This document shows, one piece after another, positions 25,697 to 38,168 of a stretch of 64,000 nucleotides of DNA. The stretch's first letter is position 1. Each line of letters opens with the position of its first letter. A model generated the notes under the pieces. The model made no database searches and was not told the DNA's origin. It saw only the letters and a list, made by a program, of their open reading frames with translations. The position numbers and the translations under genes were made by a program. This DNA is from Squalus acanthias (Eukaryota): NCBI GenBank assembly GCA_030390025.1, contig CM059425.1, positions 155,124,001 through 155,188,000 of the forward strand, written 5' to 3'.

Positions 25697-28600
25697 CCGC
25701 TGTAGCCCTGCAAGTTTATTTCCCTCAAGTACCTATCCAGTCTCCCCTTGAAAACATTGAGTGTCTCCGCTTCCACCACTTCCGTCAGCAGCGAATTCCA
25801 GGTCATCACCACTCGCTGCGTAAAAAAGTTTTTCCTCACATCTCCCCTGTATCTCTTGCCCAAAACCTTAAATCTGTGTCCCCTAGTTCTTGTACCATCA
25901 ACTAGTGGGAACAGCCTTTCCCTGTCTAGCCTATCCAAACCCGTCATAATCTTGTACACCTCTATCAAATCACCCCTCAACCTCCTTTGCTCTAATGAAA
26001 ACAAATCCAGCTTCTCCAACCTGTCCTTGTAGCTAAGATCTCCCATCCCCGGAACCATTCTGGTAAATCTCCTCTGCGCCCTCTCAAGGGCCTTCACATC
26101 CTTCCTAAAGTGTGGTGACCAGAACTGGACGCAATACTCCAGTTGTGGCCTAACCAGCGCTTTATAAAGGTTCAGCATAACTTCTCTGCTTTTGTACTCA
26201 ATACCTCTATTTATGAAGCCTAAGATCCCATATGCTTTGTTAACCACTCTCTCAATATGTCCTGCCACCTTCAGGGACCTATGCACATTAACTCCCAGGT
26301 CCCTCTGTCCCTGCACACTCTTTAAAACTGTGCCATTAAGTGTATATTGCCTCTCCCTGTTCCTTCTGCCAAATGCATCACCTCACACTTCTCTGTATTA
26401 AATTCCATCTGCCCATTCTGCTAGCCTTTCTATGTCCTGTTGCAGTCGATTGATATCATCTTCACTGTTTGCCACACCCCCAAGTTTGGTGTCATTGGCA
26501 AATTTAGAAATTCTACTCTGTTTTCCAGTATCCAGGTCATTTAAAAAAAAATAAAAAAATAAAAATATATATATATAAATATCTATATATCAAAAAAAGC
26601 AATGGCCTCAGCACTGACCCTTGGGGAACAGCACTGTCTACCATCCTCCAGTCTGAAAAACAGCCATTTACCACAACTTGCTGTTTTCTGGCCTTTTCGC
26701 CAATTCCTTATCCAAGCTGCCACTGACCCACCTATTCCATGAGCCTCAATTTTGTTAACCAGCCTTCTTTATGGTACTTTGTCAAACGCCTTCCGAAAAT
26801 CCATGTAGACAACATCCATTGCATCCCTTCATCAATCCTCTCTGTTACTTAATCAAAAAATTCAATTGGATTAGTCAAACACGATCTTCCTTTTACAAGC
26901 TCTCCTTAATTAACTTAAACCTTTCCAAGTGCCCATTAATTTTTTCCTTGATTATTGTTTCTAAAACTTTACCCACCACTGATGTTAAACTGACCGGCCT
27001 GTAGTAACTAGGATTGTCCTTACACCCTTTCTTGAACAATGGTGTCACATTTGCCACTTTCGAATCCTCAGGCATCTCCCCCGCATCTAGGGAAGATTGG
27101 AAAATTATGGCAAGCCCTTCCGCTATCTCCTCCCCCAATTCCCTTAGCAACCTGGGAAGCAAGCCATCTGGACCAGGCGACTTGTCCACTCTAAGCATAC
27201 CCAGCCTTTCTAGTACATCCTGTCTATTAATTTTCACCTCTTCCATTGCTTCTACCTTTTCCACTTCTACCGATATTTTGTCAGCATCCAATTCCTTAGT
27301 AAACACCGATACAAAGTATTCATTGAGTATTCTAGCTCTAGCCTTGCCCTGCACCTCTAAGCATATATCACCTTCTTTGTCTCTAATAGGCCCCACCCCC
27401 GCCTCTTACTACCCGCTTACTGTTTACATGCCGGTAGAAGATTTTGGGGTTCCCTTTTATGTTAACTGCCATTCTACTCTCAAATTCTCTATTTGCCAAT
27501 CTTATTTTCATCTTCACATCCCCTCTCAACTTGATGGGCCAGAAATTCGGCTCTCCGGCTTCCCGCGGGTGCAAGGATCGCGCGCGTACTTACCTAGCGC
27601 GCCTGCCGTTGTGCTTCGGGCCCGCGTGAAATTCGGCTCCTGGGCCTCCTGCAGCTGCCGGCGCGCAGTGCTTGCGTATCCCGAGGCGCAGTTAGTTCGA
27701 AGCGTCCCCTGGGATTACGTGGGCCATGGAGAGCCAATCGGAGCAGGGAATCTCCATTCATAGATTTTGACAGGAAGACCTGTCAAATCTATGAATAGAG
27801 ATCGGCCCCAAAACCTCACTAAAACTTCAAATAAATTTTTTAAAAATCACATTTTTAAAATAACTATAAATTATATAAATTAACTACTTTAAACAAAAAT
27901 TTTAATTTTTGAAAAAATGAATTACACTTTTTAACGGTGCTAAAAATAAACTTTCTTTTAAGTATGTAAAAAAGATAAACCTGTTGAAAAAATGTTTAAA
28001 TAGTACTTAATTCACCACTTACCTTGTTAAAAGCAGGCCTTGCGCCTCCTTTTTTCCTGCGCAGCTTCTCCGTACTTACCCTCACGGAGAAACCTGGAAA
28101 AAAAAACGAAGTTCGCTGCGTGCACGCTGCCTTTCCAGCTCACGCGTTCGACCTCTGAACCCCTTCCTTCAGGGGAACGGAAGTTCCGGTTTCCAGTGCA
28201 TGCGCGAAACCGGCACTTTCGTTGGGTCTACGGGTGAGTACACAGCGCGTACTCACCCGTGGAGACCCGAATTTCTGGCCCATTGTATTTGGTCTGGTTC
28301 TCCCTTGAAGAATTCACCTGACATGCATCACACACCCTCTTTTTTTTTGTTTCTTCATCTTCTCTCTCTCCCTCGGCATCCAAGGAGCCCTTGCTTTGGT
28401 TCCCTTACCCATCCCTCTTGTTGGAATGTACCTAGCCTGTACTTGGAACATCTCCTCCTTAAAGATCACCCATTGTTCCGTTACAGTTTTTCCTGTCAGT
28501 CTTTGGTTCCATTTTACCCTGGCTAGATCCTTTCGCATCCCATTGAAGTTAGCCCTATTCCAGTTTAGAAGTTCCACTCTAGATTGTTCCTTGCTCCTCT

Positions 28601-30175
28601 CCATTGCTAATCTAAATCTTATGATACGATGATCACTCATACCCAAGTGTTCTCCAACAGACACTTGGTCGACCTGACCCACCTCATCCCCCAGCACCAG
28701 ATCCAGCAATACCTCCTTCCTAGTTGGGCCAAGAACATATTGGTCAAGGAAATTCTCCTGAACACATTTCAGAAATTCCTCCCCCTCCTTTCCCTTTACC
28801 CTAGCATTATCCCATTCGATATTTGGGTAATTAAAGTCCCCCAATATCACCACTCTATAGCTCTTGCATATCTCTGTGATTTCCCTGCAGATTTGCTCCT
28901 CTATCTCCCTCTCACTATTTGGAGGCCTATAGAATACCCCCAATAGCATGATCATACCCTTTTTGCTCCTCAACTCTAACCAAATGGATTCTGTCCTTGT
29001 CACCTCCAGAACATCCTCCTTTTCCAACACTACAATGTCTTCCTTAATCAGCACTGCCACCCCACCTCCCTTTTTTCCTTCCCTATCTTTTCTAAACACC
29101 TTGTACCCTTGAATATTAAGTGCCCAGTCCTCACCGTTTTTAAGCCACGTTTCTGTTATTGCCACAACATCATATTGCCACACGGCCTATTGTGCTGGTA
29201 GCTCACCAATCTTATTCACCACACTTTGTGCATTTACGTACTTGCATTCTAAACCCATTTTTGAATTTTTCTTAGTCTGCTCCTATCTAATATGGTACTA
29301 CTACCACCTCTAGTACTATATTCTCTAGTACTATCCAACACACTCACTCTTTTATGCACCTTATTCCTCTTTTCTACTCCTATATGCTGGTGCCCATCCC
29401 ACTGTCAAGTTAGCTTAAACCCTCCCCAACAGCACTAACAAACCTCCCTGCGAGAATATTGGACCCGGCTCTGTTGAGGTGTAACCCGTCCGGCTTGTAC
29501 AGGTCCCACCTTCCCCAGAAATGGTCCCAATGCCTCAGGAATCTAAAGCCTTCCCTCCTGCACCATCTTTCCAGCCACGCATTCATCTGTTCTATCCTCC
29601 TATTCCTGTACTCACTAGCACGTAGCACCGGGAGTAATCCGGAGATTACTACCTTTTGAGGTCCTGCTTTTTAATCCCTCTCCTAGCTCCATAAACTCTG
29701 CCTGCAGGGCCTCATCCCTCTTTCTGCCTATGTCGTGGTACTGATATGGACAACGACCTCTAGCTGTTCACTCTCCCCCCTCAGAGTGTCCTGCAGCCGC
29801 TCAGTGACATACTTGACCCTGGCACCAGGGAGGCAACATACCATCCTGGAGTCATATCTACGGCCGCAGAAACGCCTGTCTGCTCCCCTAATTATCGAAT
29901 CCCCTACAACTAATGCTCTTTCACTCTTTGTCTCTCTCCCCCCCCCCCCCCCCCCCGGTGTAGCTGAGCCACCCGTGGTGCCGTGGACTTGACTCTGGCT
30001 GCACTCCCCAGAGGAACCATCGTCGTCACCAGTACTCAGAACAGAATACTGGTTGGAGAGCACAATGCACTCCGGGGACTCCTGCACGACCTCCCTGGTC
30101 CTCCTCTTCTGTCTGGCGGTCACCCATTCCCTCTCTACCTGCATACTCTTAAGCTGCGGGGTGACCACCTCTAGA
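25697..30175 (-). mobile_element. Long CR1 LINE: ORF1 esterase remnant plus ORF2 endonuclease-RT, frameshifted, 3' tail missing
   Basis: ORF1 ALVVGDSIIRG...DGLHLN; endonuclease VAITETWL, YRPP, GDFNYP, SDH; [21 protein letters not shown]. Confidence 0.93.
27536..28281. mobile_element. PIF/Harbinger-type MITE inserted in CR1
   Basis: 15-bp perfect TIRs gggccagaaattcgg / ccgaatttctggccc; CpG-rich arms, AT-rich core; CR1 resumes on both sides; TSD not clean. Confidence 0.85.
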
Positions 30176-30865
30176 AATGTGTGGGTAAAAATGTGTGAAA
30201 GCTCTAAGACTTATGAACAAAATTACTAACCAGTATCACCCACTTCGTGAAATCTGTTGGCTCCACCACACAGAGAAATTTCACCTCCAAAGCATGTAAA
30301 AATAATGGAATCCCTACTAAAGGAGAAAATAGAAGAACATCTAGAAATGAAAAATATAATAAATAATCAGCATGGATTTCAAAAGGGAAAGTCTTTTTTG
30401 ACCAACCTAATTGAATTTTTGAAGAGGTAACAAAGAAAATAGACAAGGGTAATATAGTAGATGTAATGTATCTAGATATTCAAAAGGCCTTCGATTAGGT
30501 ACCATATAATAGACTAATGAATAAGGTCAGGGGATGCGGAGTTGGGACAAGTAGCAGAATGGATAGCTAGCTGGCTTCAAGACAGAAAGCAGAGAGTAGG
30601 GGTAAAGGGTAGCTATTCAGAGAGGCAGAAGGTGGGAAGTGGTGTTCCACAAGGATCAGTGCTGGGACCACTGTTGTTTACAATTTATATTAATGAGTTA
30701 GACTTTGGAATCAAAAACACAATTTCAAAATTTGCGGACGACACCAAATTGGGAGGGATAGCCAATACTGAGGAGGACTGCAACAAATTACAAGAAGACA
30801 TTAATAAACTTGCAGAATGGGCATATAATTGGCAATTGAAATTCAACACAGATAAATGTGAAGTA

Positions 30866-31436
30866 CAATAGCAAAATACTGCGGATGCTGGAAATCTGAA
30901 ATAACAACAGAAAATGTTGGAAACATTCAGCAGGTCAGGCAGCATCTGTGGAGGGAGAAAAACAGTTAGCGTTTCAGGTCGATGACCCTTCGTCAGAACT
31001 GGAAAAAGTTAGAGATGTAACAGATTTTTAAGCAAGTGTAGGGGCAGGGAAAGGGAGGAGGGGAGAAAAGAACAAAAGGGAAGGTCAGTGATAGGATGGA
31101 AGGCAGGAGAGATTAAGAGACAAAAGGGATGATGGTGCAAGGCAAAAGAAGATGGTAATGGAACAAGTTAAGAAACAAGAGATGACTCTAGATGAGGTGT
31201 AAATGGCAATGGCAGAATTATCAACAGCTGCCATGTGAGAAAAAATAAATAAAAATAAAATGAAAAAAAATAGGGGCAGAGGTTATGGTCTGAAATTGTT
31301 GAACTCGATGTTGAGTCCGGAAGGCTGTAAAGTGCATAATCGAAAGATGAGGTGCTGTTCCTCGAGCTTACGTTGAGCTTTGTTGGAACAGTGTAAGAGG
31401 CCGAGGGTGGAGAGGTAAGAGTGGGTGTGGAGCGGT
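30866..31436 (-). mobile_element. Penelope-like element 3' fragment (GIY-YIG C-terminus + terminal repeat with hammerhead)
   Basis: Manual translation LGLLHCSNKAQRKLEEQHLIFRLCTLQPSGLNIEFNNFRP* (stop 31283-85); TSD atgtga(a/g)gta at 30856-65 and 31437-46. Confidence 0.88.
30963..31001 (-). ncRNA. Minimal type I hammerhead ribozyme motif, cleavage site mutated
   Basis: cagtt-CTGACGA-agggtc atc gacct-GAAA-cgct-aactg: stems I and II present; GCT where NUH is expected. Confidence 0.75.
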
Positions 31437-32744
31437 ATGTGAGGTATTACATTTTGGTAAGAAAAATAGGGAGGTCACATATTACTTGGAAAATAAGAAT
31501 CTAAATGGGGTAGAGGAACAAAGGGATCTAGGAGTACAAATACACAAATCACTAAAAGTATCGACACAGGTTAACAAGGCCAAAAAGAAAGCAAACCAAG
31601 CACTCGGGTTTATTTCTAGAGGGTTAGAATTGAAAAGTAGTGAAGTTATGCTAAACTTGTATCAAATCTTGGTTAGACCACACTTTGCGTACTGCATGCA
31701 ATTCTGGTTGCCATATTATAAAAAGGCTATAGAGGCCCTGGAGAGGGTGCAGAGAAGATTTACAAGGATGATACCAGAAATGCGAGGGTACACCTATCAG
31801 GAAAGGATGAACAGACTGGGTCTCTTTTCTCTTGAAAAGAGAAGGCTGAGGGGTGACCTAATAGGGGTCTTTAAAATCATGAAAGGTTTTGATAGAGTAG
31901 ACACAGAGAGAGTGTTTCCACTTGTGGGGAAGAGCAAAACTAGAGGCCATCAATATAAGATAGTCACCAAAAAATCAAATAGGGAATTCAGAAGAAACTT
32001 CTTTACCAAGAGAGTGGTGAAGATGTGGAACTCACTGCCATAGGGAGTGGTTGAAGCAAATAGTATAGATGCATTTAAGGGGCAGTTAGATAAGCATATG
32101 AGGGAGAAGGGAATAGAGAGTTATGCTGATAGTTAGATGAGGAAAGACGGGAGGAGGCTCGAGTGGAGCATAAACGCCGGCATGGACTGGTTGGGCCAAA
32201 TGACCTGTTTCTGTGCCGTATATCCTATGTATAGACCACTGTTAAGCTACCCGGAAAAGGCATTGAAATGAAAAGTATAAACGTGTTCAAAGCAATTAGA
32301 TGCATTTTTGGAGAGAGAAAAAGTTAATGAGTATGAAGAGAAGTGAAAGTGAGATTGGTAAAATAGAAATGGGCCTGTTGGGCCTAATGGGCTTTTTCTG
32401 TTCCTAAAAATTCTTGGGTTGTTATTCTTAGGATGTGAAGGCAGTCTGTTCTCACTATTGGGAATCAATCTTTTTATAAGTTCATTATTAAATTGGGTTG
32501 TTCATAAATACGATCTATTACGGTTAGTGTATCATGTTGAACATTCTTAACCACGTTAAGATCATTTTAAAATATATTTATTACATATCTACTTACAGTT
32601 TTGTGAAATTGGCACTTTGAAATTAATAGAAATTTGAAATTGACCATGAAAAATATCAAGTTCCCTTTAAAATGTTTGGACTGTAGAAGAAATAATTAAT
32701 TTTTAATGGTTAACATAGGGGATTGAAGGTTACAGTGAATCAGC

Positions 32745-33125
32745 ACACCTCTGGGACCTCCACTCGAATCCAGCTCTGACTAATAGAATGAACGTCTGCT
32801 CTTTCTCTCTCTCTCTCTGCTGGCTGTGAAGATGTTATGTGAAATGAGTTCGGACAGTTTGAACACAGTTCCCAGTAGGCATGAGTCCACAGCGCAAAAC
32901 ACCCTGTTGTTGAGCACAAATTGCTATTTAAATTGGCAATCTCACTCAAATAGGCCGTAAGGATGGCTAGTGTGGGAAATGGAATGTTACATTGGTGCAG
33001 TAGACCCCAGGGAACGTTACTCTGTATCTGATAGTGGTACACCGGACCTAAGCGCGTTTGTTGCTGACCGTGGATGCCTTGGCAGAAAAATATTCCATTC
33101 CCCAGCATGGGATCACTGATCTTTC
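32745..33125 (+). mobile_element. SINE resembling LF-SINE
   Basis: Ordered blocks cacctct, aatccagc, tggctgt, tatgtgaaatgagtt, cagttcccagt, gtccaca..caaaac, ttggcaatctca match my recollection of the LF-SINE consensus. Confidence 0.6.
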
Positions 33126-35269
33126 TGAAAATAATTCAGTTTTTTTTAAGAAATGGATCCGTGGTGCTTAAGTATGCTATTTATTTCAAACTAGGTACAG
33201 ACTCTACTTCAGAGATGGTTTTCATTTTTGAAAGGGAGATAGAACTATACTATTGTGCAGTCTGCTTATAAATTAGACTGAACTCCACTTTGTCACTAAT
33301 TTGTATGATTGAAGAGAACTAGCAGTACAGACTGGAGGCAGCTGTGAACAATATGTGGTTGAGATTTGGTGGTCTTAATAACAAATGAAAAAGTGTCTGC
33401 AGTGGATTGTGCCTAAAATGCAATTCTTCCGAAGAGTATATTTTCATAATACACTTTAAAAATAGAAAGTGCACCTCTGGATCTTGTAGCCTAAAGGATT
33501 TTTGAATGTTTCAATTAATGAGTTTTTATTTTTGTTAAACGTTCATAGCTGCTTTGCCAAATTCTGGCCTGTGTGGACAGAACCTCCGTTCCCTATTCTA
33601 AAATCTATTATCACATCAGTTTCTATTATCACATCAGTTTCATCTCTCCAGACCAAAGAATCATCTTGGTTCAGTGCTTTCTCTTGCCTTTTTAAAGATT
33701 CATTGGAGAGACAGGGAATGTATTCTGTCAGATATGACAGAATTAGCATTAGTAAGTGCTTTCCTAAACCTACTGCAAAACAGGTGATGAGAAATCTTCT
33801 TTAATCTTACCAAGCAACCTGTATTTCCAGAAATTATTTCTGAAAATTAAACTGTACTTTTAAATGCATTTATGATATGACTTTTTTTAATTGTATTGTT
33901 TGCTAATTTTATATGCAATTTGATGGAATTTTCAATTATTATTTTTTGGAAGAGTGAGCAGGGTCCAATAGTAACTATTTCCATAATACATGCGCACACA
34001 CCAGATCACACTTTGGTGCCATACTGAGGGAGCACTGCTTTTAACTATCGGGCAGCTGACTGGCAGATGGCGCCGGTTGACCACCCGATAGTGCCAATGG
34101 GAGGCCTGGTCCATTTTGAGGGCTGGCCCTCGTTAACATGCAGGTAGTGTGCTGCACTCCCTCCCTGACTGGGTGTCCTGACACAGCTCGCCTGCTGCAG
34201 GCCAGTGCATTATTGGGCGGCTGGATGGGAAACAAGTTGGTCGGGTAGGGGTTGTGATTGTGGAAGCCCAGGCCTGCAGCGGCCCACTTTATTCTTGTAG
34301 AACAGGGAGGAGCGCTTCTGCTCCTCCAGGCCACATACAGTAATTTTAGCACTTACCTTTTCAGGTTTCTTCTGTTGTCGGATAAATGTCAGAAAGCCAT
34401 CAACAAAAAGCTGCGAGTAACATGAATGTACCAACAATAGCAAGATGCCATTGATGATGAGGATGGTAAATTTGAAAGGAATGATGAAGAAACTACCAAA
34501 GTAATATGTGTCAGCATTTCACTTCATGTCCCGGAGTTTGCTGGGGCTGGAAACCAAGATTATAACAAAAGAAACAATTATGTATGCTCTTGCCCAACAT
34601 TGACAGAGGGTTGCCAACTCTAGTTTGACGTATTCCTGGAGATTTGATCGTGACATTCTATCACATGGCATTCAATCATGTGACATCACTCGTGCTGCTT
34701 AATCAAATGACATTTGATCATGTGACATTTGCCCACTGTTTGCAAAAGTTATTGCATTTACCTTAGTTGAGTGTCTTCTTATCACCAAGCCCCAAATAAA
34801 ATAGTTGACATTTTGTTTTATAGTGAGGTGAATAACATAAGGTATAAATCAAAGAACACACAAGAATAGAAAGATTTAAGGATAAGTAATGTTTAAATAA
34901 AATCTACTCCTGTGACATTTCTACAGTATTGACCCTAATGAGAAACAAGAAGTAAATACCACTGATTCAACATAAACATCATTTGATATAAGTAATTTCT
35001 AACTAAAGCTTTCGTACAATTATGAATTTTTACAATGCACAGCAAGTTATAAAATTAATAAATAAAACTAAAACCAAACCTAATTCAATTCACTGACTCC
35101 CACGCCCCATCACTGTAGCCCAACTTCAGGGAGGTGAGACTCGGTCCTCAGAGAAGCACCAAAGCTGCCTGACTCCCGGAATTAAACCCATTATACAACA
35201 GTGCACATCACAGGCTTACATAAACTCGCAATCCACGCGCCCGTTTTCGGGCCTTATCGAATTTAGCCC

Positions 35270-36207
35270 TCTGTGAGACCCACGTCTGAGTGCTGCAGTG
35301 GAAGCTCAGACTTCTGTCATGCAAGCTCAGACTGTTGCCATCGTTACTGCATTTACAAGTATGGATAGGGGTTTGCAAGGTCTCGCAACAGTCCAGCAAT
35401 CTGTCCTCCAACAGATTACTAGGATTGCTGAGGCGCCGTCCCAGGGGAGTGGCAGTGGCTCCATGGAGCTCAAACCTGCTATTCTCTCTCAGGATGACAG
35501 CATTCCTGCTCCCACCCCTGCCACTCCGACAGTGCCCTTGCTATTGCCTGTCAGTGAACCAGCCCAGACTTCTGCTGCCCATGCCAAGGTGATGCAGTCT
35601 ACAGCCGAGCCTTCTGGGCACACAGCTGCTTGAGGTCATCCTGCAAGGCCATCTGCAGTCTCCCCCACTGAAAGTCAGCAGCCTTCCAGCAACCATGCTG
35701 CAGCTACTGGGGGAGCACCGTGTAGGAGCACTAGGATACTCAAAGGCACACGACAGACAGGAACTAAGGGAATGCACAAGGATGATTAGTTGACTTTGTA
35801 ATGTACTTTTGGAATTAATAATTTATAAATTATGTTTGAAATGTTTGTATTGTGGTAGCTTTCATTTCAGCTTTGTGCCCAAGAGGATGCTGTGCTGTTC
35901 CATGACCGAGGGATGGTAAGGTGGGGAAGTGTTGAGCAACGTGGACCTGGGGTTTCATTCAGGGGAACCAGAGTCTGATGATGCGCTCACAGACATCCCA
36001 TCCGGAATGGGGATTTGCAGGCTGCCCCCTCGCTTCCTCCTCTTCCTCCTTCTCCTCTTTCTCCTGAGGTGGTCGCAGAAACCATGGTGGCAAGGGCCGT
36101 GCCCTCATAATGGCTAAGTTATGCAGGATGCAGCAGACCACCATGAATTGGAACACCCGCTCCGCTGACTACTGGAGGGCTCCTCCCGAGCAGTCAAGGC
36201 AGCGGAA
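35270..36207. mobile_element. Internal remnant of an autonomous PIF/Harbinger transposon (convergent 3' ends of its two ORFs)
   Basis: Minus strand 36207-35959 reads FRCLDCSGGALQ*SAERVFQFMVVCCILHNLAI (Harbinger DDE nuclease C-terminus); plus strand 35298-35780 is a low-complexity ORF tail, inferred to be the Myb/SANT partner. Confidence 0.75.
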
Positions 36208-37734
36208 ATCAAGCAAACAAAACTCAGATGAAACACAAAAAATACTGATCGTGGAGTCAAACACGAGCAGTTTACTCATCCTTGGTGCACTACGTGTTTA
36301 TAATAAATAAGTTGAAAAAATGATTGGCTGTTTTGTCATGAGGCTTAGACAACTGTGTAAGCAGCATATGCATTTTCTGTCAAACTCTGCAGAGTAAGAA
36401 ATACCTTTGGGGAATAATATTAAGATATTTCCAGTATCATGCTGTGGGATTGCAGCATACTTGTCTAAAGGTCTAGTTACGTAAAATAACTGACGGGAGT
36501 TTTAATTTGTACCAAGTAGCTGATTACTATACACACATTCCAATACACAAAATAAAGAATATTTCAACACCCTGAGATCAAATTATAAAAAAAAGTTGAA
36601 AAAATGGTAGTATATAAAAACCTTCTGATGAGAGCTAAATTTCTTTCTTTTGAATATGGGAGAAGATGACTTCAACTTGGTCTTGCTAATGGGAGAAATT
36701 CTGACTGATTTTGAAATAACGAAATTTAATTTTTCAAAGTCCAAACTGAAGGGAACAGAACCTGAACTAAAAGCAAGTGCAACAATGCAACTAAAATAAG
36801 TGAGCAGTCAAGCTGAAGCTTTGGATGTGTCTGAGATGATGCCTGAAATAACATGAAATACGACAGTAATGAGGCCCAATCAGATGACACAGAAGATTGC
36901 AGCAATCAACATCAAATTAGTGCCAATAAATCTAAATCTGTACCACTGAAAGCACCTAATGTATGCTTTAATATTAACGATTTGAGTGACAGTCCAATGC
37001 TCAGGCATAATAAAACTAATGGAGAAACACACAATGCAAGCCCATCTCGTAATACTAATTAGGAAAGGCCACTGAAGCTGTAAGACTGATTACGCAGTAA
37101 TGAGTTTTTAAGAATGGCTGTAAGGGTGAAAATGAGGTTAGCAGTGCTATTTTGGAAAATAAAGTATCTGGTTATAACATGCAGCAAGACGTATTAAATA
37201 GCCAATCTTTTCACGTATATAACGTTTAAATAAGCTACCAAGAGGTTGGCATAAATATTGGAATAGAGATGTATTCAATTCAAAATGAACATTTCCTGTA
37301 GTACTGAAGATGTGGAACTGATGATAATGTGAAACTAATCAATGGAAGGTAAAATTGGGTGGGGTGCCAAACAGGCGGCTGATCCAATTTGTCAGTTTAG
37401 GGTTAGGTTAAAATGACCCCATTATGTTTTTCTTTTTCTACTCCTGGATCATGGGGGGAAAAAAATTTAGATTGGTACACCACTGAAGACTAAATTTATT
37501 CTACAAATGAGTAGAGCAATTCTGCAGGTAAGCTTCATTATGACTTTAACTCCATTCTGATGGGGCCTGTTGTAAATGAAAATGATGTTTTAAAATTTTC
37601 CAAGACTTTGAGTGAGATGATTCACTTCTTTATAAAGGCATTTGTCCATCATCTTGAAAATATCCTTAAGGGAAGTTATAGTCAGAAAATAATTTTGTAC
37701 TGTGCAAGTTTCTATTTAATTTTTAAATATAAGG

Positions 37735-38168
37735 AAAGAACTTGGGCTTGTATAGCACTCTATCATGTTCTTCAAAAATGTACCAAAGAACTTCACATAT
37801 GTCAATTATTTTTCGCAGTGCAAACACTTGTTTAATAGGCAAAACGTTCAATCCATTTTGCACCCAGCAAGAACCCACAAACACAATGAAATAAATAGTC
37901 AGTTAATCTGGTTTTGGTGCCAATGGTTGAGGGAGGTGTTTGAACAGGACACCAGGAGACCTCCCTATCCTTCTTCCAATAGTATAACGGGATCTTTATC
38001 ATCCACCTAAACCAAAATAAGCAAACTGAAGGACAGAATACTAACAATACAGTGCTCCCTCAGTCCGGCACCAAAGTGTCAACCTAGATTATTTGCTCAA
38101 ATTCTGGATAAAAGTTTGAACCTACAACCTCTGACACAGAAGCAAGAGTGCTAGGAACTAAGCCAAGC
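37735..38168 (-). mobile_element. Decayed Deu-domain SINE
   Basis: Collinear with 24331-24798. Confidence 0.75.

Larger units (their letters stand above)
30292..32232 (+). mobile_element. CR1 LINE, 5'-truncated, interrupted by a Penelope-like insertion
   Basis: GVPQGSVLGP, KFADDTKLG, RRLRGDLI, WNSLP; 3' UTR ends ...cctatgta. Confidence 0.92.

Noticed and set aside
27014-27763. 249-aa and other Ser/Leu-rich ORFs opposite LINEs
   Set aside because: Antisense shadows of CR1 ORF2.
34210-34510. Hydrophobic minus-strand frame resembling a channel exon, ending at gtaagt
   Set aside because: Similarity is superficial, the apparent donor site sits in a MITE-like repeat, and no neighbouring exons were found.
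36740-37062. Possible host exon (acidic/Ser-rich short ORF)
   Set aside because: No recognisable domain and no convincing splice sites.
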